Assembly (NCBI GenBank): GCA_964247055.1
Contig: OZ176052.1
Span: 7,006,001-7,070,000, forward strand
Length of the DNA stretch: 64,000 nt
From: Paragordius varius
Taxonomy: Eukaryota; Animalia; Nematomorpha
Reading direction: 5' to 3'
The notes under the pieces are model-generated. The model ran no database searches. It was not told the origin of the DNA and was given only the letters and a program-made list of their open reading frames with translations. Numbering within the stretch: the stretch's first letter is position 1; every line of letters begins with the position of its first letter. This document shows positions 26,248 to 41,400 of this stretch, piece after piece. Made by a program: the position numbers and the translations under genes.

Positions 26248-27914
26248 CAGTGGTACTCACCAAAAAAATTTGGCGAGCCAAATAAAATATATTTTCGAGT
26301 GCCATGAACCTAATAATGGCAAATATTCCATAGATATTTGACAGATATGGACATATTTATACTAAATTGTAAATCCAGCTAAAAACTCGTTTTGAACCAT
26401 TTAGTTCAAAAAATTAAAATATTTAGATAACAACATTTATTATGATATTAACCAATAATTTTTGACAAATATGCTTCCGCCTTATAACAGGCCAACCTTA
26501 ATAGGTCGTCCATATAATCATCGGTTTAGCGATTTCTGTATGTATTCCTGACATGCTTCTTTATTGAATATGCCGTCTGACATGTGGAAGTTGAGGGAAA
26601 AGCAATTAGGATGTGAGCACATTTTTTTATATTTTCATATTTGTGGCACATTTCGCCAAAACTCTACATTTCTTTCTTCTCTACGATTCTCCTGAATATA
26701 GCCTCCAAATTAGAATAATTTATTAAATCTACGAATTCTTTAATGCTATTTGCCGGATCAAAACCGAAATTCTCAATTTGCTTAATATTAGATATCCATA
26801 TGCCATGTATCAACGAATTTTAAGCAATTTTAATATTTTTTAATTCTTGAAATCTGAATTTCATCTCATTAAAATGTTAGATGATTGTCTATTATTAAAT
26901 TAATCTTCTCGGTAATTTCCATGTTTTCTTTATGAATCGATTTAGTGTTGGAAAATATAGGAGTTATTATAAAATTGTGTTTATATAATATTGATTTTTC
27001 TTCAAAAGCAGATATATTATTAGCAAATTTGGTTATTTTGCTCCCTTGAAGACTTGTTAAAAAATACTAAATTTATAAGTAATGTCGCAAAGATAGGCTA
27101 ATAAAATCCACCATTTGTCATTATTAATTTCCCCGTCATACTTTTTGTTATTTATAAATAAAAGAATTTCATGTCTTAAAACAAAAAATCTATTTATTTT
27201 TTGCTAAGGCTAGTTATCTTACAACGGTGTACAAAAGAATATCATCAACTGTGGATATCTTTGAAGGTTTTAGAATTTACGTTAGTTAAATACTCTGTCA
27301 CGGATGTGGTTAGATATATCATTTCGTTTCTTTTCTCATAATTTTCTGGTATTTTATTAAATGATGTATTGTAAATTATCAGTTTTTATTTAAAACCACA
27401 AAGAATATTTCTTTCCATTCTGTTTTTAATGGTGCGATTTTCATCGGATAATTTACGTTTTTAGCGATGTCATTCTTTAAATTTATGTTTAAATATTATG
27501 TAAATTTTTTAAAAATTAGAAATATAATTTTAATTATGCATTTAAAAAAACAGGTCGAAATTTAATTAAGTTGACTTTAAAATATTTTATGGGAATGAGT
27601 TATAAAAAATGATGCAGGATAGCATTGAAAAGAATATGTATATGCAAGTTTGGATAAAAGGCTGCTTAAATACAAAAAAAGAAATTCAATAATTCCAAAT
27701 AGAAAAGAAAATACAGCAGAATCAACGTGTGCCAAAATTTTGAAATCATTTTATATGAGGAAATTTTTCTCCATTTCGAATTGGGTAAATATACCAAAAT
27801 AAAATCCAATAAATTAAAATTTAAATAAAAAATAAAATTAATTTGGTCATGGTGCAATTTTAAAGCACTCTTAGGGCCGCATGCGGCCCACCGGCCGCTG
27901 TTTGAGTATGACTG
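26248..27914 (-). mobile_element. Internally deleted, decayed hAT transposon with transposase remnant
   Basis: TIRs CAGTGGTACTCA / CAGTCATACTCA; perfect TSD CTTTAAAC (26240-26247 and 27915-27922). Minus-strand remnants with stops and frameshifts at ~27400-26420: DILLYTVVR*LALAK (cf. LLHTEVRWLSRG), SLQG, EFWRNVP..LIAFPSTSTCQTAYS..YRNR*TDDYMDDLLRL (hAT C-terminal dimerisation domain). Confidence 0.88.
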
Positions 27915-28223
27915 CTTTAAACGGTAAAAAGATGTGTTTTAAGCGCTCTTGTTAAAATTAAATTTTGTGAGCAATCATTATTTTACACCTCAATTTTCAA
28001 AAATATGTTAAATAGCATGTTATCTCATAATAATAATTAATATTTTTATATTTAACCCGTCAACTAGTATGACCATCAACATCCAAATGAAAATAATTAA
28101 CATCCTGTTTGTGATATTTTGGTTTTAGGCCCCAAAGAATTAATATTAAAAGAGCAGGATGGCTTCAAATTATTAACTTGTAATTATATCGAAAAATCCA
28201 AAGCTAGTTTTGAGACTTATGAG

Positions 28224-28834
28224 TAGGGTAGTACATTTGACTGCTTTTTCAAATAAGTCCGGTCAGGCCATGGTCATGACCACTTTTTACATAAGTAATA
28301 CCATGAGATTGGATTGTGCAAATAATGTTCTTGTATTTGACATTTTTTTGATATTTATTATTTACAAATATTTTTAATCAATGTTAATCAAGAATTTTGT
28401 TTTCTAATAAATTTTACATGTTTGTGGCCTTATGAATCTTTAAATATATAGCTTTTTGGATATTTCAAATATATTTATACCTAGTTTGTTTTAGTATCTT
28501 TCATCATTGAAATATCCAATTATAAAATGTTTTCTCATTTTATTGGTTCACATATATGGAATAATTGCATATTTTGCAAAGTGCTTGATTATTTTTTCGA
28601 AATAACTGGATATGGTTAAATGCTAATGTTATAAGGATGCATGTTTAACAATTTTTTATTGTTATGAATAATCAATTTATATTTTTTAAAAAACATTACC
28701 TTTCTTTCAAAAAATTTACTAGAAATTTTTTGAAAAACAACTGGTTTTAAATGACCAATGTCAAAAAATAAATATTTACAAAACAAGTCATGACCCGGTC
28801 AATTGACCGGGTCATGACTTGGTCAGCAACCCTA
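28224..28834. mobile_element. hAT MITE with TAGGGT(T/A)G termini, copy 1
   Basis: TIRs TAGGGTAG / TAGGGTTG; TSD CTTATGAG / CTTATAAG (7/8); subterminal GGTCATGACC palindromes. Confidence 0.8.
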
Positions 28835-29442
28835 CTTATAAGACCTTTTTAAATATAGAATCGAATCGTCAGATTATCCCTTTTTTACCTCCAAAGCAAT
28901 CTATATATGTTAAAATTAAACCACTTTAAGGCGAATACATAATAAAATACAAACCAGTGACACATGGTTTGCTGATTGGGGAAAGAGAGGTGGTTATCCT
29001 GTCGCGAACGTGATAATCAAGTAGTATCGAATTGGAAATTTATTAAATATATTAACCATTTAATTGAATCCATTATATAATTTATTTAAAGCATCTTAAT
29101 TACGCATAAAAAAATATTCATGATGATTTTTAAGAGTTGCATCATTTTTCGTGACATCTTAAATATGGATACTTTATTTAGAAAAAAATATAACATATTT
29201 GAAATCATTCCAGATGGTTCTCCAAATCAGAATAAGAATTATTAAAATTAAATTTGAATAGAATATAAATTAATTTATTGATTTGTTTATTTTTAATATA
29301 CGTTTTATGTAATCAATCAGGTTAATAAAGTATAAAAATTTTACTAACAAAATGACAAATATTGTAAAAGGAACCCAGAACAACAAATTCTCTATTAAGT
29401 AGTGTTTCGTCATTATATTTTCATTATGTTGATACTGTTCAA

Positions 29443-32400
29443 AACCTGGAAAAAATCAAATAAATATTATTATATATATGATAATATTTGAATATTTGGG
29501 TTACTAATAATTTACAAGATTTTGGCATCCGATAGCCAGTTTCATATTTGACAAACTCAAAAAAAGTGTTCATTATAACTTTCAAGCGCACTTGGGCTCT
29601 TATGTAAGGTTTCCAGTCGTGAGTTTTACAATCTATCCTTGCCAGTCGCAAATATGGATTGTTTTGTTCACTAAACTCTAAAACAGTTCCATTTTGAATC
29701 CATCTAATCTAAAAATGAATTATTATTATTAGCTAAATTAATTGATTTTTTAAATTGAATAAATGGGTTAATAGTTAAAATTCTACCGTACTTTATCTAT
29801 TTGGAATCGAATGTAATCAGGAATTTTAAAAACTAATTTTAGCTCCAACGGTTTATTATCTTGCGGTGCGATTTGAAATGATATTATTTTGATATCTAGA
29901 TCAAAATTATAAATAAATTATAAATTATATTATATTTTTTGATTCTTCTTAATATGTTTATTACTATGATTAATAAATACTTTATATTCAATTACATACG
30001 ATTGTTATTATAAATACCGTACTATAATTTTAAATCATTACCATAACATATGACCCTATAGGGTATTATAACTCTTTCTTTGGATATTGGAACCAAGTTT
30101 GACGTAGTTATTTCTATTTTACACAGAAAAGTTAAGTCACACCGAGATCCCAGCCTTTCAATCCAAAATTTTGGTTGGGAAGAAAACAGCCAATCGGAAT
30201 CATCCAAAAACCAATTGATAAAGGTGAAGTTGATATCTTTCTTTATTACTATAATTTGAGTTGAAAAACGCATTTTTAAGTTGACATATTAAAAATATTA
30301 TTTTTTATCTAATATATGTGGATTTTTATCTACAGAAAGTTTTATGTAGTGAATTTGATCCTCCATGGAATATCTATATAGTTAAGCAATTTTTGATTCA
30401 AAAGCTAGATAAATTAGAGAAATACGTTAAAAATATACACGGTTTTCCATAAAAAAGCAACATACTTTTCACCAGCAATAAGATTTTCAACATTTTTATA
30501 TTTATACTCACAGAAACTTTTTTATTTTAAGGATCATACTGCCTTTTTTGTAAAATGTAAATTATGGTTTAAATTTATTAAATAATTTTTATATTTTCAA
30601 AATTTTATTTAAATAAGACTAGTTATTTAAAAAATTATGAAATTTAAAGATACGTTTATTGCAATCTAACAACAAGGATTCATCAGCTTGTACAAATTGA
30701 TAGAGTTTGATGTTTGAATTGACGTAATCCCCTAAACGATAAAAAATCAATATTGAAAATCATCTCTCTAGCTTATGAATTATCAAATAATAGTTTAATA
30801 AATTTGCAACTTGGGCCATTTTAAAATATTATTTCAATAAGTGTACAGAAACAATATAATATTTCTTGATTAATTTATATTAGTTTAGATATCGATTATA
30901 TTATATTTGTACATAAATTACATGCCTTTTCAATTATTTTATAATTATTCGACAAAAAAGTTAAATATAGCTAAAACACTAGCCTTGTATTTAAATATTA
31001 TGAGTTTAATTATTGGCGATTTTGGTTTTCAACTAATTTGCAAAAGTATTGAAGCGCTTGATATGTGGTGTTGGGGGAGAATGTCGAATATAAGGTTGTG
31101 TAACAAGGAATGAAACAAATCGAGAGCATTTAATATTAGGAGCAACTTTATGGGAGCTATAATAAAAAAAAATTAACGTACACAGGGCACCTTTTAAGAA
31201 GTACATCCCCTAAAAGGATTTGATTTTTGGGAAAGTTAAAGGGAATAGGAAGATCAATGTTAAAATGGCTGGACCTAAAAAGGAAGTGAATTTAAGGTAA
31301 TAGTATGATAAAAAAGAGACAAGTGGAGGGAACTAGTCACTTTAATATTCAAGAGGTCGAATTCGACCTAAGGAATTATCTACCTACATCCCTAAGCTAA
31401 TTTAATTGTAATGAGCAAAAATCCATGGTGCCTCTTCGCAATAAAAATCTTAGCAATAATTTTAATGTAACAAAAAATGAAAAATCTAATATATACCAAC
31501 GGTAAATTAAATCTCTTTTACCCAATCACACCGATATGGCCAATAATAGTCGATATTTATTTTGCAGTCGAATAATACATAATTTAAAACATTTATCTTT
31601 CTTATCTCTTTTTTGGCGAGTGTTTAATAAAGAATATTGATTAGATTTAAATTGCTACCACTTTTTCTATGTTTTTTTTATAATAATAGAACCTATAATG
31701 TTGATTGTTATCAGCTTTGATGTCAGCAAGGGATAAGCGAAATCATAAAAGGAAGCATTGTGAGCAGATGGTGCAATTACTGTAAAAACCAATTTCAATT
31801 TTTTCCCCTTTAAACTATATTGTTGAATGAGCGCGGTTAGATGATCATAGGATAGAAAAAAGGTATTCGTTATAGGCTTATTATTTTCCGCCACATTTGT
31901 CCAAAGAGTCTAAATATCAATAGAAGAAACTTATAATTTATGTATACAATTTGAAAATTGATGTGAAAAATTGTGACTTTAAAATTTGAGCAGCATTGCA
32001 AACTTAGTTATAGGTTGAAGGTACATATTTTTGGAGTTAGCTTGCTTAAAACTAAAATTGATTAGCGTAGTATTATGGACCTTGATATTTAGTATAAATT
32101 TATTTTTCTGTTGAAGAATTTTATTTTACTTTTGATATTAAAAAATAATATTGACTTGTGTAATTTACAATGATTTAACGTAAGTTTTGAAAATACCTTT
32201 AGCTTAGTGAAGGAAGGACCGTCGATTTCAGGCGTGATTGTGAAATTTTTATCATTCATGGGATAATTTATTAACATAGAGGATGGGGCATGTATTATTG
32301 GTTTATCTATTCATATCACAATACATAAATATAAAAACAATACACATACAGAATAGTTAAAGGGTGAATTTTAGACCGATTAAACCAGAAATAGGTTTTT

Positions 32401-35400
32401 AAATTTATTCGTATCAGTCACTTCAATCAATGACCAATGACTTCATACATTAGTAATTCTTTTAAAAATAAAAACATTGTGAACTCCCATGAGTCCGAAT
32501 TATTTCGGATATACGATTAAATATTAAATGATAATAGTGTTAATTTTGAAAATAAAATTTCATAAAATAATTGATACTTTGTTATAATAATATTGATGAT
32601 TATAAAGATTTTTAGGGTTGTGAATAATGTTCGCTCATTTAAATTTAAAAAAATTAAACTACACTCTCAAAAAAGTCTTAAGAACTATCGGCTATTAACC
32701 GTGACTATGTCCGCTTTATTATCAAAATTTAATTAAATATTATAATATAAATTAATATTTTAACAATTGAACTTTTTTATACTTAGTAAACATATCATCA
32801 AAATCGGTTAAATAATTTCAAAATAAATAATATTATATTAAATGCCTCAAAAATGATAGCGTATTTAGACATGCTGTTGTAATTAAAATAATATGATCCC
32901 TTACAATTAAAATACTTGAATTGTATTTATTTACATTTATATCACGACTTCATTAGCCAATTGGTTATACATACAACGAATAGGTTATATAAAAATATTA
33001 TATGACAAAATTTCTACCTAAAGTTTTTGTTTAATAAAATTATTGAATGGGAAATAAATTAAAAATTGGCAAATTTGAATTTTACGACTTAACATTCATT
33101 TTGATTTATTTATAAAAATTGCCTGATAAATGCCCCCGACCATGTGCATTACTTTTCAACCTATTAAAAAAAGAAAGGGATCCATATAATATTTTTTTCA
33201 AATTAAAAATAAATTACATAAAACTTGGATCTTCTGTTCTGCGGATATGTTAAGCAGCGTCATATTCGGAAACTGAATCGTTGTAACTGTACAGCGTATT
33301 TTGGTGTGTATGGGAAGGTATTGATCAAAATACAGGTGCGAATATGGTCCCATTTTTATAACTTCCCACACCGTTTTAGTCTCCTTGTCGCTGCGAAAGT
33401 TTAAATATTATGATGAATAAAAAGCGATGCATATAATTAACTTTAAAAAGTTTCAGGCTACATTTTACTGGTAAAAACTTGTTATATTAGGATTTTAATA
33501 TCAGCTGTTCGCTTTAATCTTGTTTGGTGTTGTCCCGATTTCAGACCCCAGAAATCACAAAACTGAAAAAATATGAGCTTTTTTTTTATCTAATACATGA
33601 TAACAATGTTTTATAATTTAATTTTACTTTCAAAACTATCTATTTACAAAATTGATCTCTGGGATAAAAAAATACCCAAATATGTGAACTAGGACAAAAA
33701 AGATAAAAGTTAATGAAGTTTATTTACCTTACCGACACTACCATTGGAAAATCGAATCAGGGGTCTTTATGTAGTAAAAAAATATTTAACCCTTTATCGA
33801 ACAATCAAATTGGTTATGATGTTTAAACAAAAAATATATAATTTTTATCAGTAAATTAAGACATGAATCCTTAAAAAATAATATTTATAAAGGCAAAGGT
33901 AAATTATATTAGCAAATTTATAATTTTTAATTAATTGTGTATTATTTCAAATTTTTCTAGGTACACTACTGTCGCGGATCTTCTAATTATTTTATTTATA
34001 AATCAATCAGTCAATGCGTATATATAACACATAGTTAACCTTTTTGTTTCATAACCAATCTCCCACACATAACTAAGGTAATTGGAGGGAAAATTGACAC
34101 GTCTTTTGAAATACTTGGATGAATCACTTTGGCTACGTAAAAGACACATAAAGTCCTTGCCAGAATATTTCTCCATAGATTCATTCTGTTTAAAATACGT
34201 TTTATAATAGTGATATGATGATTGATTCGAATGATTCTTCTTGTTTTGATTATTTCGTTGGGATTGGACGTATTGTTCATCTTGGAAAGAATTGACGATG
34301 ATTTTGTTAAAATCTGGTAGACTTAAAATTTCAAGTTGAGTTAATTGGTTTGCTCCGGTTGGTAGTATTTTAATGGTTAAATTAAACGCTAAATGTTAAG
34401 GAAACTATATAGATATTTGTAATTCATAAATTAGTATGGGCAAATAAATTAATTGCTTTAATTTTAAAAATATAAATATTTTTTCCCCAAAGTTTGTTTG
34501 CACCACCAAAGATGTCACATTTATCTTGGTCAAATTTCTGCACATATAAAATATATTGCTTAAAATTTAAAATTAATGAAGCAAATCCGTTTTTTTCCTT
34601 TATAAAGAGTTTTACTTATTTAATAGGTTTAAAACTTATAAAAAAAATAAACAAATTTATTACAAAAAATATGGGATACCAATTTTTTCTCCCGATAAAA
34701 CAATTTCACAAAATCCGAAGGCGCCTTTTTTTGAAAGCGGCCAACGTTGGTAGATTACAGAAATGAGATTTGTATAGGTGTAAGGACATTCCGTATACAA
34801 AGATTGGCCCACTGCTTCAACTATTTTATAAGATAGAGGTGTATAAAAATTGGCATTTATATAGTATAAAAGATGGTTTAAGCCAATTTTTTTGGCAAAA
34901 TAGAAATTTTTTGGCCTAAATTTTAGAATTGATAACATTTTTAAGGTTTTCTACTGTTAAAAGGATTCAAATATTTATTATATCAAAGGACATGTTAATT
35001 AGTTTCTTTTATTTAATAAGTAAAGTAAATGAATGGATGCCGAAAATATGTAGAGCCAGTTCCATTTTTTTCGTTAGTTTTCATAACCTAAACCATGTTG
35101 GTTCCAAAAATATAATGAAATAGTGTTACGGAACTAATTGTTGACACTTACAATCATTAAACAAACTTTTTGGTTATCTAATGTTTATTAGTGAGGTTTA
35201 AAGATCGGAAATTTTACTAAGCGCTGATAGAACGTAACTTCCTTTCTTATCATGGATAGAAAAAAATAAAAAAATATACTGTAACATAGAAATTATACGG
35301 ACAAAACGTAAAAGTAAAAATAAAACTAAATTTTTTTACATAGCTGATTTAATTACGATTGTAAAAAATACAGATGATTGTTACTAAACAACTCTATTTC

Positions 35401-38400
35401 ACACTTTGCAAATTTAAACAATGAGTTACATCTAAAAAACCAAAAAGAGTTGGATTTTCTTTTAGAAAAAAAATATTTGTTTTTATATTTTTACCTTTTG
35501 TCCGTATAATAATTTTTACTGTATATTTAATATTATATATATTAGAAAATAATTTCGGCTATATGACGACTAGATTTGTGCTGACCTGGTCATGACCAGG
35601 TCAGTGACTATTTTTTTGACCATGGTCATTTAAAAACAGTTGTTTTTTTGAAAAAATGCTAGTATATTTTTTTTTTGGAAAGAGAGATAGTAAGATTTTA
35701 TTGTTTTTTAATATATTTTATATAAATTAAATATTTAAATATATTAAATAATGGATATTGAAATATTCTTATTAAACAATATCAAAAATCGTTAAACATG
35801 CAGCCTTAAAACAAGCATTTAAGCATATTATTTCAAATAACAAAACAATCAAGTCTTGTGCAAAAAAAACATCTTATATTTGGATATTAATTTATTGATG
35901 AAAAGAGTAAAACAAACTAGGTAATTTTTTTTAATTCAGTATTAAAAGCTAAGTATTTGAAGATTTAGAAAGCCACAAACATGTGGCAAAATTCTTGATT
36001 AAATTTGATTGAATATTTTGTTAATCATAAATATCAAAAAAATGTATAATACAAACTTTAAAGAAAAAAACATGACACTATTAGTGAAACGCAAGTTTCA
36101 GCATTGTTTTCACAATCTCCAATATCGCATAATATTTACTTAAGTAAAGAGTGGTCATGACCATGGTCTTACTGGATCTGACCGGAGTTTTTTAAAAAAG
36201 CAGTCAAATGCACAACCCTAATGGCGACATGTCCGGATTAATGCCTTATAATTGAATATATCACTTGTTTATACAATAAGCTAAGAAAATTATAATAACG
36301 AACCTATTTTAAATGTGAAACTATTAATTTGGCAGATGAATATTAATCTCTAGGTCAAAAAAGTGCATATGTAATTTACTTCGTTTCATTTTGCATATTG
36401 TTCTCATGGATCTAAACCTACCCCATCGAAGATGTGTTATTAATGTGTCATTGACCATAGCTAAAAGAAGTATATAGTTACAAAAAAACCATTGATTTTG
36501 CATATTTTATACAGTCTATAATTGTTAAAAATTTATGTTTCAATAACTCTTGAAAAAGGAAAAAATGTTTAGCTCAAGATTCGAAATTATGAACACACCC
36601 TAATCGATTTGATTTTACATAATTTATTTAAATAAAGCACCTAAGAATTGATAATAGTTACTTTTAGACTGATCAATCAAGATGGCAACATTGTAAATTT
36701 CCCACGCAAAATTTTGTGGCAGATCTGGAAGTTGAATATTAAAATAAACTGTTGGTTGTTTATAGATAAATTGTGCACATCCTGAGGGCAACCCATTTCT
36801 AAAATTATTTTATGTATATTTTGCGAGCAAAATAATAAATCCTCAAAATTCAAATATAAACTAATTGGACCGTTTAAAATTGACTTATGTTTGTTTGACC
36901 TTTTCGCCCACATAAATCACCACAAATTATAGATTTCCAACATTTTAAATATATGGATAATAATGTTCAAGTTTTTCTCTATTAAATAATTTAAAATATT
37001 TTTTTTTAATTTTAACAACAGTATAACCCTTGTGAATTATAAAAATTTAGATTAAAACGCCGTATCATCATTTTTGGTATATTTAACCAGTTTTTATTAA
37101 ATAGAATTATTTGGTTATAAATCTTTCTTCCAATGGGAGATAGACTTTGCGGAAACATATATGGCTAATGATCCAAACTATGATGTCCCTTTTTCAATCA
37201 AAATTAAACTTTGGAAATTTTTTACCATTTTTTATAATTTAATATCATTATTATTATTTTCTGTAAACAAAAAATAAAAAATATATTTTCACTGACAATA
37301 GTTGTTCCTTCATTGGTTCAGAATGCATTAACTAAAATTTTTAGATACCGGCTGTAAAATTGATATGGAATAGATATAACATTTATTATGAGGATTATTA
37401 ATATTAAACATTTAAAAATATTTGCTTTAGCTGCGCTTTTACAAATTTTAATTCATCATCGTATTTACCATGCATTTTAAGTTCCCCTTTTTCCTTTGCA
37501 TTTCACTGTGTGTTTTTTCATGAGGTAGCTTATGACCAGCGTATTCATTTGCCGCAAAATTTTTTATTTGTTGACAACGTAATTTTTGAAATATTGAGAG
37601 AAAATCGAAATCGGGCAAAAAGTGAAAATTAAGGATAATTTAAAAAATAATGATAGAATCTGAAATATTATCGTTTATTATCATTTTATGAGATATTTTC
37701 AATATATAAATAGCCCAAAATCATATAGTAAGGGTTTCTATAAAATTTCAGGTCAAAAGATGGCGTTTTTCTTTTATCACACTTAAAAGACAAAAAATTT
37801 AATGAAATTATATTAAAATAATTTTGTTTAATTATTTACTACCTAAACACTATTAAAATCTTAACATTCATATTTTATTCAGGAAAATAAACTTCTAAAT
37901 CAAAATAAAACCAAAAATATTGTTTTTTATTTTTGCATTTTTTTGTCATCTGGTTTATGAGTATATAAAAAATTTATACTGTTTTATTTTGTATACTTAC
38001 ATGATTAGGCATTATTAAGTATATAATTTATGCAAAATAGGATTTAAAAGCAGTGGAATATCAACCAACAATCCTTTTTATTTTCCCGAATAAAATATGA
38101 ATTTAAGATTTTAATAGTGAGTTTAGGTAGTAAATAATTAAAAAAAAAATTTTTAATATAGTTTCATTAAAATTTTTTTGTCTTTCAACTGTGATAAAAG
38201 AAAAACGCCATCTTTTGACCTGAAATTTTATAGAAACCCCAACTATATGATTTTGGGCTATTTATATATTGAAAATATCTTCTAAAATGATAGTAAACGA
38301 TAATATTTCAGATTTATCATTATTTTTTGAATTATCCTTCTATCCTTAATTTTCACTTTTTGCCCAATTTCGATTTTCTCTCAATATATCAAAAACTAGG

Positions 38401-41400
38401 TTGTCAACAAATAAAAAATTTTGCGGCAAATGAATACGCTGGTCATAAGCTAGCTCATACTTAAAGTAAGCTTTTAAAATTTTTGTCTTTTCACACTTTA
38501 TAGCGCAAAAGACAAACTGGAATGCAAACGGTAAATAATTGGTGTAAATAATCTATCCAAATTGAGCGACCAATCACTTAGTGGCTATAAATGAAGGAAG
38601 GGCCATTTTAACCAGATATTTGTTTTACGGAGTTTTTTTACTTCAGATATAAAATTTGCGTCCCGTATTGTTTTATGATATAGAGATAATACTACTACCG
38701 TTAACACTATTGAAGTTTTAAATATCATTATTTTAACTGTATGGTAATAAATCATTGGAATATTTAAAACATGTTAGTAGATTTTATATATATATAAATC
38801 TGTTTGTACTTCTTTTTATAAAAAAAAAGCTATATATAAACTTGGAAAATTGATAGTTTGATCAAATTCCCAGAGGGTACGGGAGAGTGCATTTTAATTA
38901 AATTCTTTTTGAATGTAAATTTATGCCTTATTTTTTGTTTACATTTATACGAAATACAGTCATGTATCCTTTATTTTATTAAAAATTTATTTTTTTTCCT
39001 AAAATGGGTATAAATATTTGTTAAAGAATGGAAAAATCAAGAGCTCTATGGTAATTCTTATACTTTTTTGATGAATATGATATTGTTAATACCCTAGAGC
39101 TCTTGTTTTTTCATTATTTACCAAATATTTGTACCATTTAACAAAAACAAAATGAATTTTTGATAAAATAAAGGATACATGACTGTATATGTGTAACCCT
39201 CTGTTTTAAGTTCCCAGCAAAAACTTCAAAAGAATTGATAAATAAACAAAGAAAGCATTTTATTTGTCTTTGCCCAATGGACCATCGTTCAAGCTCAATA
39301 TCTATGATTATTCTACGCTATTCGTAACGATAGGCCTAGAATCGAAAATATTGCCTTTTACCCTGGTTAATATTTTTAAATTAATATCGAAATCCATAAA
39401 TTTAAATGTTACATAATATTTTTTTACTTTATTGGTGTGTTTAAAAGATAACCATCATGTAATTTAGCCAATATCTGTGAAGGGTACAATTCTTTGGGAT
39501 TCGATATTTGCGTTCCCTCAAAATCAACCACAGATCTTTGAAAATGATTAAATGCTACAATTTCGATTTCACATAATCGCAAATGAAATGGTGGATACGA
39601 AATGATTATAAATGAAGTGCCCAAACAGTTTTGGAAATGTTTTGGATAGCTATCAATTAAAATAATTTGGCCTCAGTTATATAGTATAAAACTGCCCGAT
39701 TATTTTTTAAATTTCGTATTAATCTATTTTTTAAGGTTTCAAGTTTTAAAATATAAATAATTCATTATTGTTGAAATATACTTAAAATAATGCTCCCAAT
39801 TTCGCTAATTGACAAAGCTTTCACATTCTTATTAATATTAAAAAAATGATGATATAATGTCAATATATCTGTAGTTTTATTTGGCAAGCATTGCTTAAAA
39901 AATAATGAATTATTTAACTCTCGACATAAAACTGATTCTTACAGTTATCTTAAAAAAACTATGATAAACTTACTAAAATCGCATTTTGTTTAAATATTGG
40001 CTATCGTGACTTTGATAATTGAAACATAGTGGATCATGTCTTGTCCAATTCATGTAACTGAAACTTACCCTCGCTTCAAAATTCATTTGCATTGCGTATG
40101 CCAAAGTAACTTTAAAAGGATTTTAAAGGATCTCTTAAATGAAATCAAAACGGTGCTGTGATCGTTTTTATAAATAACCTGTAAAATCATAGATATGTTT
40201 ACCATATGGTATATTTCTATATTTTATTTAATTTGGATTCTTTACCATATTTAATATATTAAATTTTTTGAGATTTTGTATTTTAATATTATAAATAATT
40301 GGGGTAGTTACAAAATATCGTGTGTAGGTTTGTCAAGAAATAACAAAATATAACTATCAGTTAGAAAGAATTTTCAATCAACACTCAAAAGGTATGAAAA
40401 CAAGGCGCCTATGATTTATTTTATTTGGTTCCAGCATTCTTTTTTGTTGCGGAATTAATTGACTGGGTATAATTGGGATGCATTGTACACATATTACAAT
40501 ATATTATAATTTATCAAATGAAGTAAAAAATACCAAAATTAGATTGATACAAGATGACATTGTTGATATCGTAAGCGTTTTCTTTATTGTTTTTGTCATA
40601 ACCAAAATGTACCATCCATACATACGGACCTAATTTAATTTAAAAAGGGATTATTTTATAATTTTTTCAAAATAGATTAAAAAAGCTAACTTAATTGGCC
40701 CGTCATACATTCGCTAGGTGAATTGGGTATTTTTGAATCTAGCGGAGATTTTACAGAATGTGTTGTGTTAACTGTGTTAATGCTTCCTACACCAAGTGTT
40801 TGCAGATTCGCTTTATTAAATAAAGATATTTATAAAAAAATATAGGTAATAAGATGGCGAACTGATGCGGCGTTTAAATTAATACGAGGATATTCAAAAA
40901 AGTAATTGTATCAATTGTATAGAGTCAAAAGTTTTAGGTGTTTTCAATGACTCGAACGGTAAAATGATTGCCTCTATTAATTTCATTAAACCGACATAAT
41001 TCGATTATTAGCATTACCAATATAATAAAAAAATTAGTCCCTAGGACTTGTCCATATTTTTGCCATGTATAAATTATTTTTACAAAAATATATGTATACG
41101 ATTAAATATTTCAATCTGCAACCAAATTTGGCAAATAGTAACAGACACCAAGTCTAACGCATCGAAATGGAGAATCAACATTTTCCCCGTGTTAGCACAA
41201 TAAAAATCAAGTATTTGGTCCATGGGTTGTTTTAAAAATTCATAATTTTCTGGTATAATGTTTTCAGAAACTTCAGCGCAAAAATCCAATTGATCCGTTA
41301 ATAAAACAGTGTGATTTTCTTCATTATATTTGAGTGTAGTAGATTGAGCAAACATACCAGTATATATCTTAAGTTTTTTCAGTATTTCATAATCTATATA

